A stretch of 64,000 bases of DNA from Abditibacteriaceae bacterium (GCA_965277285.1 OZ255721.1:128001-192000); one strand, 5' to 3'. Positions 30,055 to 39,431 are shown, counted from the first letter of the stretch. The notes: generated by a model from the sequence alone, not told the origin. Program-made: numbers and translations.

Positions 30055-30395
30055 AAGAAAAACTCCGTCTGTTCAAGAAATAAGGCAAAAGAAGGCCCAG
30101 CGTTGTCGAAAACAATCGCTGGGCAAAATCAGTACGAAAAAAGTGCGAAATACGTCCATCCGTCCAAGCCGTTTCTTCTGTTGTCAGTTTCAACTCCTCG
30201 CCTTCGGCCACAAATGGAGCGACAGTAAAGGCGCGTAGTTGTTCAATAAGCGAAAAGGGGAGAAAGGCGGACATCGAAAAGGTTAAGACGCGATTAAGGA
30301 AGCAATAGCGGCAGTCTAATCGGCGCCTTCTTTTTCGTCAACTTTGCACATAATGCGTTTGCCAGAGCGAGGCGGTTAAACTGTAAGTTCTTATT

Positions 30396-31814
30396 ATGAG
30401 TTTGTCTTCGCCTTCGAGTACTCGATATGTAGCGGACAGTGTTCTGGTTCCCGAACGCCTTAAAATCGGCTTGTTGACCGATACATTTTTGCCGATTTCC
30501 AATGGCGTGACGCATTCGGTGGCAGCGCTGGCGCGCATTTTTCTGCAAAACGGTCACGAGCCGCACATCTTCACTTTCGCTCCGGCGCGCGAACTCAAGT
30601 TCGCGCCCGAAGGCTTGCTCGATGATCCGCCGCATTTGTTGCGCGTGCCGCCGCGCGGAGGCGAAGAAGCCATCGACGGCGTACCGATTCATTACGCGCC
30701 CGCCTTGCCGATTTTGGAAACAGGTTATTATTTCGGCGTGCGTTATCCGATGTGGATGCGCTCTTTGTTGAATGAAATGGACGTTTTGCACGTTCATCAT
30801 CCTTTTATTTCCGGGCGACTGGCGCGCCGCCTGCGCCTGGAACATCAGCCGATTGTCTTCACCAATCACACGCGCTACGACATTTACACGCATTATTTCC
30901 AGAGCGCGATGCCGCGTCAAATGCAGTCTTTTACAGAACCTTTGACCAAGCCGGAAAATCTGGGACATCGTTTTACAGCGCGTGCCGCACGTTTCGCCAA
31001 CGCCTGCGATGCTGTGATTGCGCCGTCAGCTTCGATGCGCGGCGTGATGGCGGGCTGGGGCGTGCGCGCGCGGGTTCATGTGATTCCCAACGGCATTGAT
31101 TTAAGCCGTTTCCTCGACACATCGAATCTTCCGACATCGAGTACTCGAGACGCATCCATTATGCGAAATGGCCAAAATGTGTTACATAGAGCACATAGCA
31201 CTTCACGTACTGAATGGCGCCAACGTTGGAAAATCGACCAAGACGCGCCGCTCGCTATTTATCTGGGACGCATCGCGCCGGAGAAAAATGGGCGCGTTTT
31301 GCTGGAAGCGTTCTCTCTGGCATATCAGAAGAATGTCAATTTTCGCCTGGTGATTGTGGGAAATGGGCCATCAACTGAGGAATGGATAGAGTGGACGCGC
31401 GAAATGGGCATTGAAAAAGCTGTTCGTTTTGCGGGTGCGCTGAAGGCTTATGACGTTCCTTCGGCCTTGAGTGCAGCGGATGTTTTCGTTTCGGCGAGCG
31501 TGAGCGAAGTGCATCCTCTGACCTTTATCGAAGCGATGGCGAGCGGTTTGCCATGCGTGGGAACGCCTTCGCCGGGTGTGCAGGATTCGATTATTGACGG
31601 CGTCAATGGATGGATTGCTCCCGCCGAACCGCTGGCTTTTGCCAACGTCCTCGGCGCAGCATTGAGCGATGAAGCCGAGCGCAAGCAACGCGGAATACAA
31701 GCTCGCAACGATTGCCACGCTTACTCGATTGAAACGAATGCGGCGCATGTTTTGAAGCTGTATGACGAAGTTATCCACGCGCGCCTGGAAGATGCTTCCA
31801 CTCGAAGAAGTTGA
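30396..31814 (+). CDS. GT4 glycosyltransferase (diacylglycerol glucosyltransferase-like)
   Basis: TDTFLPISNGVTHSV, HVHHPF, HTRYD, GRIAPEKN, SEVHPLTFIEAMASGLP. Confidence 0.88.
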   Translation: MSLSSPSSTRYVADSVLVPERLKIGLLTDTFLPISNGVTHSVAALARIFLQNGHEPHIFTFAPARELKFAPEGLLDDPPHLLRVPPRGGEEAIDGVPIHYAPALPILETGYYFGVRYPMWMRSLLNEMDVLHVHHPFISGRLARRLRLEHQPIVFTNHTRYDIYTHYFQSAMPRQMQSFTEPLTKPENLGHRFTARAARFANACDAVIAPSASMRGVMAGWGVRARVHVIPNGIDLSRFLDTSNLPTSSTRDASIMRNGQNVLHRAHSTSRTEWRQRWKIDQDAPLAIYLGRIAPEKNGRVLLEAFSLAYQKNVNFRLVIVGNGPSTEEWIEWTREMGIEKAVRFAGALKAYDVPSALSAADVFVSASVSEVHPLTFIEAMASGLPCVGTPSPGVQDSIIDGVNGWIAPAEPLAFANVLGAALSDEAERKQRGIQARNDCHAYSIETNAAHVLKLYDEVIHARLEDASTRRS

Positions 31815-31904
31815 ACTGCTATTAAACTTCGCCGCGATTTTCGTGTGCAAGGTCGTAAAGATCGAGTACTCGAAACCTTTATGATGTAGGCGAAATTTAA
31901 GTTC

Positions 31905-32040
31905 AAATGTTTGGTGGCTTAAGTTGGTGAGGTTCGCGGACAAACTCGCACGGACTGGCACCCGGGTTCGTTGAGGAACTCACGGATTGAGCCACCACCA
32001 AATGTTTAACGGCTGAAGGTTGAGAAACCGAACCTTTTTT
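31905..32040 (+). ncRNA. Candidate structured RNA/leader followed by an intrinsic terminator
   Basis: AAATGTTTGGTGGCTTAA pairs with TTGAGCCA..CCAAATGTTT; inner GTGAGGTTC/GGAACTCAC; then AAGGTT..AACCTTTTTT. Confidence 0.35.
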
Positions 32041-32154
32041 AAGGTAAACCATTTTAGATGGCCTGCCGAAAGGCCTGTCGAGAATCGAGCGCTAAAACGA
32101 TTTTGGTAATGTTGTGAGCTGAAGCGCAAGCGAACTTCGATTTAAGGGATTCTC

Positions 32155-34488
32155 ATGGTGCGGGGAACGAAAAGCATGGCTCACTCGAATCCGAGCAACG
32201 CAGGAGTACTGCGACAACGACGCGACCGCTCGTTCGGTGGCTTGTTGTCGCTTGTCGCTTGTGTGCCGGTTTTGGTCGCTCTGGCAATTACCGCGAGCGC
32301 CTCAATAATCGCCGTTCCAGCCAGTGCGGAACCGGCTTCTTCGAAGACTACGAAAACAGCAGCCAAAGAAAACGCGAGCCGATCAAAGAAAACGTCTTCT
32401 CACACCGCATCGGCGTCTGCCGCTTCCTTATCTTCGCAGGGTTTGAGGGCATCAGTGTCGAGTACTCAACCGCGTGTTGTGAACTGGTTGCGCTCTCATC
32501 CGCAGATTGCGCTTTTTGCGGGTGCTCTGGGCGTGTTGGCTTTGGCTGTCGGATTGGTGGCGATTACGCGACCGCCGCGCGTGCGTGGAGAAGTTCCGCC
32601 GCCAGTCGGCGGTTCGGACGATGTCGAGCGCTTGCAAATGTTGCTTGACTTTGAGCAAGCCGCGCGCAAAGAAAACGAAGTTTTGTTTTGGAAAATGGCG
32701 ATCCATGCGGGCGATGCGATGCACATCATGCACCCGCGCGAAGGCACAGTTCAATGGTTTGGCGGCATCGATGCGATGTTGGGCTATGCACAGAATTCGT
32801 TTCCTCGCACTGTCGACGGTTGGGCGGTCAGCATTCATCCCGAAGAAAGCGCAAAAATCGTCGCGCTTTATACGACGGCCTGTCGCAAAAAAGAAGAATT
32901 TAAGGCCGAATACCGGATACGCCATCGCAATGGAACGTATCGCGAGTGGTCGCATCGCGGTCGTCCGGTCACTGACGAGCGCCGCAACCTGATGAGTTTC
33001 GTCGGCGCCTGCACCGATGTCACCGAACGCAATCGAGCGCAACGCGACATGCGAGAAAATGAGGAAAAGTTCGGCAGCGTTCTTCAAGCGAACCCGGCAG
33101 CGATGCTGGTATGCGATGCGACGGGCCGTATCACGCTCGCCAACACCGCTGCGGAACAGCTTTTCGGCTGTGCGCCGGGAACTTTGGCGGATGCGCCTTA
33201 CGCGGGCGGCAGTTGGGACATCGTGGATCGAGATGGTATGGCTTTGCTGGACGGCCAGATGCCGCACGCTCTGGTGGCAGCGGCAAACGCTCCGCTCAGC
33301 GATGTGGAACACGCCATCGAGCGAGGCAACGGCGATGTCGCTTTTGTCGCGGTAAACGGCGCGCCTTTGCACGATGCGAGTGGCGCAGTCAGCGGCGCAG
33401 TTTTGTTTTTGAGCGATATTACCGAGCGCATACAACGTGAAAACCAAACGTTGCGCGAAGGTTTTTATGATGTTTTGACGGGCTTGGCAAAGCGCGCCTT
33501 GTTCCATGATCGCTTGGAACACGCTCTTCAACGCGCGGCCAATGCCGGAACACGGATCGCCATCTTGCTGCTTAATAATGAAAGCTGGAAAAGCGCCAGT
33601 GAAGAATTGGGCGAAGGCGCCAGCGAAGAATTATTGAAGATTACGGCGCAGCGTTTGGATGGCTCGTTGCGCGTCTTCGATACGGCAGCGCGCTTGACCG
33701 GCGGCGAGTTCGCCATTCTACTGGAAGATATTCCCGCTCTGGAAAACGCGCAAATCGTGATAGATCGAGTACTCGAAGCGCTGCTACAACCAATTTCACT
33801 GCGCGGTCAGGAACTTTTGGAATCGCCGCGTTTGGGAGCCGCTCTCAGCAGGCCGCGTTGCGCGCCCGAAGAAATTATGAGTTGGGCTACCGAAGCCTTG
33901 TCCGCAGCGCGCCATCAAGATGTGCGTTTCGCGTGGCACGAATCTTCGTTTGAATCGTTCGGCTCCGTCCTCACTGAAGAATCTGCGGCAGACGAGGCAG
34001 TCGAAGAAACCCAGATTGTGCAAGATGCGGTGGAAGATACGCTCGAAGCGGATGAAAAGTTAGATGTCACGAACGGCTCCTCAAACGGCGCACCGAAAGA
34101 AGCGGCTGGCTTGCTTGGGCCGACATTTTATTTTTCTACAAACGTCGTGAGCGATGTCGTATCGGGTAATGGCACTGTGAACGGCGCGTTGGCTCCTGGG
34201 CTGGCGGTACATCGTGTCACCTCCGACGGCGTTCTGGTAGACGAAGAAACTTCGATGGACGAAGACGACGATGCAGTTTTTCCTCATGCCGTAGCGAACG
34301 GTCACGTCATCAAAAGCCTGCCGCCGATCCACGAACTGAAGCATGAACTCAAGGTCGTCGGCTCTATCTCTGAGGAAAGTATCAGGGCGTTGCAGGAAGA
34401 GCGTGCCAGCAAAATACCTTTGGAAAAAGAAGCAAATACATCATCCGATGATTCCGAAGAAGTCACGAGATTGTTAAAACAAGCCTAA
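32155..34488 (+). CDS. Membrane PAS-PAS protein with degenerate GGDEF domain
   Basis: Two hydrophobic segments; PAS/PAC (IHPEE..EYRIRHRNG..DVTER); YDVLTGLAKRALF; ARLTGGEFAILL instead of GGDEF; acidic tail. Confidence 0.8.
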   Translation: MVRGTKSMAHSNPSNAGVLRQRRDRSFGGLLSLVACVPVLVALAITASASIIAVPASAEPASSKTTKTAAKENASRSKKTSSHTASASAASLSSQGLRASVSSTQPRVVNWLRSHPQIALFAGALGVLALAVGLVAITRPPRVRGEVPPPVGGSDDVERLQMLLDFEQAARKENEVLFWKMAIHAGDAMHIMHPREGTVQWFGGIDAMLGYAQNSFPRTVDGWAVSIHPEESAKIVALYTTACRKKEEFKAEYRIRHRNGTYREWSHRGRPVTDERRNLMSFVGACTDVTERNRAQRDMRENEEKFGSVLQANPAAMLVCDATGRITLANTAAEQLFGCAPGTLADAPYAGGSWDIVDRDGMALLDGQMPHALVAAANAPLSDVEHAIERGNGDVAFVAVNGAPLHDASGAVSGAVLFLSDITERIQRENQTLREGFYDVLTGLAKRALFHDRLEHALQRAANAGTRIAILLLNNESWKSASEELGEGASEELLKITAQRLDGSLRVFDTAARLTGGEFAILLEDIPALENAQIVIDRVLEALLQPISLRGQELLESPRLGAALSRPRCAPEEIMSWATEALSAARHQDVRFAWHESSFESFGSVLTEESAADEAVEETQIVQDAVEDTLEADEKLDVTNGSSNGAPKEAAGLLGPTFYFSTNVVSDVVSGNGTVNGALAPGLAVHRVTSDGVLVDEETSMDEDDDAVFPHAVANGHVIKSLPPIHELKHELKVVGSISEESIRALQEERASKIPLEKEANTSSDDSEEVTRLLKQA

Positions 34489-34601
34489 TCTTGTTGTGCC
34501 CGAACCGCCGATTCCCAAGAACGGCGGTTTTTGCGTGTCTTGGTGCGGTTTTTGTATGCTTGAAGAACGCCCATCTAACATTTTTGGAGAATCGAGTACT
34601 C

Positions 34602-36194
34602 ATGCCCCACGTTTTAATCTGCGATGCCGTCGCTGAAGACGGTCTTCGCATTCTGGAAAAAGCCGCGCAGGTCACCGTCAAAACAGGCTTGAAAGAAGCC
34701 GAACTGATTGAAATCGTCGCCGATTACGACGCGATTATGGTGCGCTCGGCGACCAAAATCACGCGCCCCGTTTTAGAAGCCGCCACCAAATTGCAAATTG
34801 TCGGACGCGCTGGCGTTGGCATCGATAACATTGATGTTCAAGCTGCAACCGAGCGCGGCGTGATCGTTGTTAATTCACCGGCGGGCAACACGGTCGCGGT
34901 CGCGGAACTGACGCTGGGCATGATGATTTCGCTGGTGCGCCGTTTAAGTCCCGCCGACAAAAGCGTCAAAAACGGCGAATGGAAGCGTTCGGCGTTCATG
35001 GGCAGCGAGATTTATGGCAAAACGCTGGGCGTTATTGGAACCGGAAAAATCGGTACCGAAGTCATCAAGCGCGCGCAAAGTTTCGGCATGAAAGTGCTGG
35101 GCTACGATCCGTTCTTAACGAGTACTCGAGCGCATCAACTGGACATCGAAGCGACGACCATCGACGATATTCTGGCTCGCGCCGATTTCGTCACTTTGCA
35201 CACGCCGCTGACCAAAGACACCAAGCATCTGATCAACGCCGATTCGATTGCGCGCATGAAAGATGGCGCCTACATTCTCAACTGCGCGCGCGGCGGCATC
35301 ATCGACGAAACGGCGCTTTATAACGCTTTGAAAAGCGGCAAATTGGGCGGCGCCGCATTGGATGTTTTCGAGACTGAACCGCCCACAGAATCGCCTTTGC
35401 GCGAACTGGATAACGTTTTGCTGACGCCGCATTTGGGTGCCAGCACCGAAGAAGCGCAAGTCGAAGTCGCGCTGGACGTGGCAAGGCAAATCGTCGATGT
35501 TTTTGGCGGAAGGCCGCCGCAAAGCGCTGTCAACTTGCCGCCTTTGCCGCCCGAAACGCGCGAATTTATCGGGCCGTTTTTGCCGCTGATGGAAAAACTG
35601 GGACGAATGCAGGCGCAATTGGCCGAAGGCCGCATCGAGCGCGTACAAATCGAGTACTGCGGCGACTTGCACAACTTCGATACATCGGCGTTGACGCGCG
35701 TTTTTCTTAAAGGCTTGTTGCAGCCGTCTTTCGATCAGGTCGTTTCCTACGTCAACGCGCCGATTTTGGCCGAACAGCGCGGCGTTGCGGTCAGTGAAAC
35801 CAAGTGCGACAACAGCGAAGATTACTCGAATCTGGTTATTACGCGTGTCATTCGCAACGACAATGGGCACGAACGCGCGCGGCAAATCGATGGCACGGTT
35901 TTCAATGAAAAAAATCCACACATCGTCGGCATTCAGGGTTTGCGCGTCGATGTGGTTCCCGAAGGCACGCTGCTGGTCATTCCCAATACGGACAAGCCTG
36001 GCATGATCGGTCGCGTCGGCACCATTCTGGGCAACGCGCAAATTAATATTGCTGGTATGCAAGTCGGAAGAACTAACGTCGGCGAACGCGCCGTGATGAT
36101 CATTTCGCTGGAAGAACCGGTTTCCAGTGAAGTTTTGGCGCAACTGGAAACTCAAGACGATTTGTTCGGCGCGCGACAGGTCGATCTGCGTTGA
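34602..36194 (+). CDS. serA: D-3-phosphoglycerate dehydrogenase
   Basis: VRSATKI, GRAGVGIDNID, GVIGTGKIG, NCARGGIIDE, TPHLGASTEEAQ; C-terminal ACT domain DKPGMIG. Confidence 0.95.
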   Translation: MPHVLICDAVAEDGLRILEKAAQVTVKTGLKEAELIEIVADYDAIMVRSATKITRPVLEAATKLQIVGRAGVGIDNIDVQAATERGVIVVNSPAGNTVAVAELTLGMMISLVRRLSPADKSVKNGEWKRSAFMGSEIYGKTLGVIGTGKIGTEVIKRAQSFGMKVLGYDPFLTSTRAHQLDIEATTIDDILARADFVTLHTPLTKDTKHLINADSIARMKDGAYILNCARGGIIDETALYNALKSGKLGGAALDVFETEPPTESPLRELDNVLLTPHLGASTEEAQVEVALDVARQIVDVFGGRPPQSAVNLPPLPPETREFIGPFLPLMEKLGRMQAQLAEGRIERVQIEYCGDLHNFDTSALTRVFLKGLLQPSFDQVVSYVNAPILAEQRGVAVSETKCDNSEDYSNLVITRVIRNDNGHERARQIDGTVFNEKNPHIVGIQGLRVDVVPEGTLLVIPNTDKPGMIGRVGTILGNAQINIAGMQVGRTNVGERAVMIISLEEPVSSEVLAQLETQDDLFGARQVDLR

Positions 36195-36411
36195 AAGGAG
36201 GGCAGCAATTGACCTTGCGAAGCGCCGAAATACGGAAGTTGGCAGCCGTCAAATTTCGTGATGGAAATCGAGTACTCGAATGGGAAATGGCGAAGCAAAT
36301 TGGTCGAGTGCGAGACACAAAGCGTGCATTGTTTTGCATAATCTGGTACAACGTGAGAGGTGTTTTGCAAAGTGAAGCACAAACAGTCAATTTTTCAGAC
36401 AAGAGGAACAA

Positions 36412-36813
36412 ATGAACAACTTTCGTAAATTTGCCGTGATTACGGCTACAGGTGCCGTCATGGCCAGCGCTTTGGTCGCCGGATGCGGCGGTGGCAGCGA
36501 TGCCAATTCGACAGACACCAACACCACCGAAGCCACCAACACCGTAATTAGCAACACGACCATTAGCAACAGCGCCAGCAACAGCGTAAGCAACACGGCC
36601 ACCGACAACAGCGCCAGCAACACGGCCACCGACAACAGCACAAGCAACACAACCACCGACAACAGCGCCAGCAATAGCGCGATGGGCAACACGGCTACAG
36701 GCAACAGCGCCATGGGCAACACGGCTACGGGCAACACGGCCATGAGCAGCACGACAACTCACAGTTCGACGACCACGAAGAAAGCAACGACAGCCCCGTC
36801 GCCCAAGATGTAA
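36412..36813 (+). CDS. Low-complexity Ser/Thr/Asn-rich lipoprotein
   Basis: Lipobox VAGC; tandem NTATDNSAS / NTATGNSAMG repeats; GAGG RBS. Confidence 0.75.
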   Translation: MNNFRKFAVITATGAVMASALVAGCGGGSDANSTDTNTTEATNTVISNTTISNSASNSVSNTATDNSASNTATDNSTSNTTTDNSASNSAMGNTATGNSAMGNTATGNTAMSSTTTHSSTTTKKATTAPSPKM

Positions 36814-36895
36814 AACACGACGAAAAAGCCGTGCATCGTCAAAGTTTCTCGTTCAAGGATGTTCACGAAAAACTCTAAGCGATCATAGAAAATAA

Positions 36896-36932
36896 AAGAA
36901 GCATTGGCGCGAAATAGCCAATGCTTCTTTTC
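36896..36932 (+). terminator. Intrinsic terminator
   Basis: AAAGAAGCATTGGC ... GCCAATGCTTCTTTT. Confidence 0.65.
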
Positions 36933-37051
36933 GTTGGCATCCTCGTTAAACCTCGAAATTTCGGGTTTTAATCTTTTTCTTTCAAGATTCCATATAACGA
37001 GTACTCGATAGTGATTCGTAATGGCGTTTCGTGTCATACTCTTTTGCGATT

Positions 37052-37468
37052 ATGGCCATTTCTCCGATTCCCTTTCACTCGCAACCCGCGCCAGAAACGC
37101 CAAAAGAAATGACGTTTTTCGAGCAAGTTGGCGGCGCGCCCGCTTTCGAGCGATTAGTCGAACACTTTTACAATGGCGTTTCCCGCGACGCGACTTTGCG
37201 CCCGATGTATCCCGCAGACTTGACCGAAAGCAAGCGACATTTGGCGTTGTTTTTGATGCAATATTTCGGCGGCCCGACGACGTATTCCGATGAACGCGGC
37301 CATCCTCGCTTGCGCATGCGACACTTGCCGTTTTCTGTTGGACAAGCTGAACGCGATGCCTGGATGCGCCACATGACAGCCGCCGTAGAAACTGAAATGC
37401 CGCCACAATTTCACGAAGTTTTGCTTGATTACTTCGGTCGCGTGGCAACCTTTATGATGAATCGCTGA
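37052..37468 (+). CDS. Group II truncated hemoglobin
   Basis: VGG..FERLVEHFY, LRPMYP, FLMQYFGGP..YSDERGHPRLRMRHLPF, ERDAW. Confidence 0.92.
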   Translation: MAISPIPFHSQPAPETPKEMTFFEQVGGAPAFERLVEHFYNGVSRDATLRPMYPADLTESKRHLALFLMQYFGGPTTYSDERGHPRLRMRHLPFSVGQAERDAWMRHMTAAVETEMPPQFHEVLLDYFGRVATFMMNR

Positions 37469-37497
37469 AATTGAGATACGCGAAGTTATCGCGGCAT

Positions 37498-37571
37498 GGA
37501 AAGAGTGGTGTAACGGAAGCACGCCGCTCTCAAGAAGCGGAGGGTGCGGGTTCAAATCCCGCCTCTTTCCA
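37498..37571 (+). tRNA. Atypical tRNA-like gene, anticodon CAA (Leu), short variable loop, 8-bp acceptor stem
   Basis: GGAAAGAG/CTCTTTCC; D arm GTGT-AACGGAA-GCAC; AC arm CCGCT-CTCAAGA-AGCGG; T arm GCGGG-TTCAAAT-CCCGC. Confidence 0.7.
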
Positions 37572-37660
37572 GTTTTAATCCATTGGCTGAAAAATTCGAG
37601 ACCTCCGTGAATCTTCCAACTTGTGCATTGGGCGCAGTGTTCCTAAAATCATGCAGGTTG

Positions 37661-37733
37661 GGAAGCCGTAGTTTAATGGAAGAACGCCCGCTTGCTTAGC
37701 GGAAGGTGAAGGTTCAAATCCTTTCGGTTTCCA
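37661..37733 (+). tRNA. Atypical tRNA-like gene, nominal anticodon GCT (Ser), short variable loop, 8-bp acceptor stem
   Basis: GGAAGCCG/CGGTTTCC; D arm GTTT-AATGGAA-GAAC; AC arm CCCGC-TTGCTTA-GCGGA (register ambiguous); T arm GAAGG-TTCAAAT-CCTTT. Confidence 0.6.
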
Positions 37734-37742
37734 CCTGGCTAT

Positions 37743-37815
37743 GGAAATGGTAGATCAAGGGAAGAGCGCCCGCCCGTCACGCGGGAGATGCGGGTTCGAG
37801 TCCCGCCCATTTCCA
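37743..37815 (+). tRNA. Atypical tRNA-like gene, anticodon GTC (Asp), C33, 8-bp acceptor stem
   Basis: GGAAATGG/CCATTTCC; AC arm CCCGC-CCGTCAC-GCGGG; T arm GCGGG-TTCGAGT-CCCGC. Confidence 0.7.
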
Positions 37816-37859
37816 CTTTCTTCCACTTTACGCAATCGAGTACTCGAACTAAAGAAAAC

Positions 37860-37932
37860 GGACGCCGTAGCTCAAGGGAAGAGCGCTCGAATGGCATTCG
37901 AGAAGTGAAGGTTCGAGTCCTTCCGGCTTCCA
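37860..37932 (+). tRNA. Atypical tRNA-like gene, anticodon GGC (Ala), no G3.U70, 8-position acceptor stem
   Basis: GGACGCCG/CGGCTTCC (one mismatch); D arm GCTC-AAGGGAA-GAGC; AC arm CTCGA-ATGGCAT-TCGAG; T arm GAAGG-TTCGAGT-CCTTC. Confidence 0.7.
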
Positions 37933-37957
37933 CTTTTTCATCTGTCCGCATTTTGCC

Positions 37958-39340
37958 ATGAACATTTCGCCGCGCGAACGGGAAATTTGCCTGCAGTTTT
38001 TGCAGCAGATTTCCGAGGAACCTGCGCTCATCGACAACGACGAGCGCATGAAAAGCTTGATTGCCAAGATTCATAAAGAAGGCAAACGAGGCCAGCGCCG
38101 CCACGCGCGACAAGAGCGCACTCATCACGACCGCCAACTCAAAGCACAAACCGCGACCGCTCAAAAAGATTGCACAACGTCACTTCCCGTGTTGCCGCAA
38201 ACCGCTTCCCATTCAACTGACGCCGACAATTTCGATGAAGCAAATGCCACGTTTTTCGATGAGAAATTACATCGGGCGACGCGCTGCTACATTTGCAAAG
38301 AGCCTTATCGAGACGTTCATTTTTTCTATCATTTGCTGTGTCCAGGTTGCGCCGCCTTCAATTATCAAAAGCGAATGCAACGCGCCGATTTAAGCGGGCG
38401 CGTCGCTTTGATTACTGGCGCACGCATCAAAATCGGGCACGAAATGGCTTTGCAAATGCTGCGCGATGGAGCAGAAGTTATCGTCACGACGCGTTTTGCG
38501 CGCGATGCCGCGGAGCGTTTTTCGCGTGCACCCGACTTTCCCGAATGGCGCGACCGCTTGAGCATTTATCCTCTCGATTTGCGCGACATTCCTGCCGTGG
38601 AAGCCTTCGCCGCACACCTTTCGAGTACTCGAACGTCGCTCGATATTCTGATTAACAACGCTGCACAAACCATCAAGCGACCACCCGCGTTTTATCGTCA
38701 CTTGCAAGAAAGTGACGAACGCAAAGTGTTGATGGCTGGCGCGCCGGAAACGATGATAGTTCATCGTGTGCCGTCCAATGAAAATGAAGACGACCTTTAT
38801 TTTCCTGCTGGGTTTTTCGATGCGCACGGGCAGCAAATGGATTTGCGACCTCTCAACAGTTGGCGCTTGCGCCTGGGCGAAGTCGAAACCTGGGAAATGC
38901 TCGAAGTGCAATTGGTCAATGCAGTTGCGCCGTTCCTTTTGAATAGCCGCCTGAAACCGCTACTGCTGCGTTCAAACTTTGAGCGACGTTTCATCATCAA
39001 CGTGTCGGCGATGGAAGGACAATTTAATCGTGTTGGCAAAACCGCGTTTCATCCGCATACCAACATGGCCAAAGCCGCCTTGAACATGATGACACGCACT
39101 TCCGCCGCCGATTACGCGCGCGATGGCATTTATATGAACAGCGTCGATACCGGCTGGGTTACCGACGAAAACCCGCACGCGCAGAAAATTTATCAACAGC
39201 AAAGCGCCGCTTTCTACACGCCGCTGGATATTATCGACGGCATGGCGCGCCTTTATGACCCGATTGTGCAAGGCATTATGCAGCCCGCGGAACCGCTGCA
39301 CGGGCACTTTCTGAAAGATTACGCGCCGCACGACTGGTAA
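37958..39340 (+). CDS. SDR family oxidoreductase with N-terminal Cys4 Zn-finger-like motif
   Basis: CYICK..LCPGC; ALITGARIKIG, LINNAAQT, INVSAMEG, HPHTNMAKAALNM, VDTGWV. Confidence 0.88.
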   Translation: MNISPREREICLQFLQQISEEPALIDNDERMKSLIAKIHKEGKRGQRRHARQERTHHDRQLKAQTATAQKDCTTSLPVLPQTASHSTDADNFDEANATFFDEKLHRATRCYICKEPYRDVHFFYHLLCPGCAAFNYQKRMQRADLSGRVALITGARIKIGHEMALQMLRDGAEVIVTTRFARDAAERFSRAPDFPEWRDRLSIYPLDLRDIPAVEAFAAHLSSTRTSLDILINNAAQTIKRPPAFYRHLQESDERKVLMAGAPETMIVHRVPSNENEDDLYFPAGFFDAHGQQMDLRPLNSWRLRLGEVETWEMLEVQLVNAVAPFLLNSRLKPLLLRSNFERRFIINVSAMEGQFNRVGKTAFHPHTNMAKAALNMMTRTSAADYARDGIYMNSVDTGWVTDENPHAQKIYQQQSAAFYTPLDIIDGMARLYDPIVQGIMQPAEPLHGHFLKDYAPHDW

Positions 39341-39360
39341 GAACACAACGGCAATTCTAC

Positions 39361-39431
39361 CCGACCGCGACCGCAAGGAAGCGAGCTTTATGTGGTTGTA
39401 GCAAAGCTCGCTTCCTTGCGGTCGTGGTCGG
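39361..39431. repeat. Long intergenic inverted repeat
   Basis: CCGACCGCGACCGCAAGGAAGCGAGCTTT ... AAAGCTCGCTTCCTTGCGGTCGTGGTCGG. Confidence 0.75.

Noticed and set aside
32041..32080. c-di-GMP-I riboswitch (GGTAAACCAT... ahead of a GGDEF gene)
   Set aside because: Lacks the GAAA tetraloop stem and the downstream ACGCAAAGC-type segment; only a short resemblance.
37498..37932. tRNA-Sec (selC) or tRNA-His calls based on the 8-bp acceptor stem
   Set aside because: No UCA or GUG anticodon and no long variable arm.
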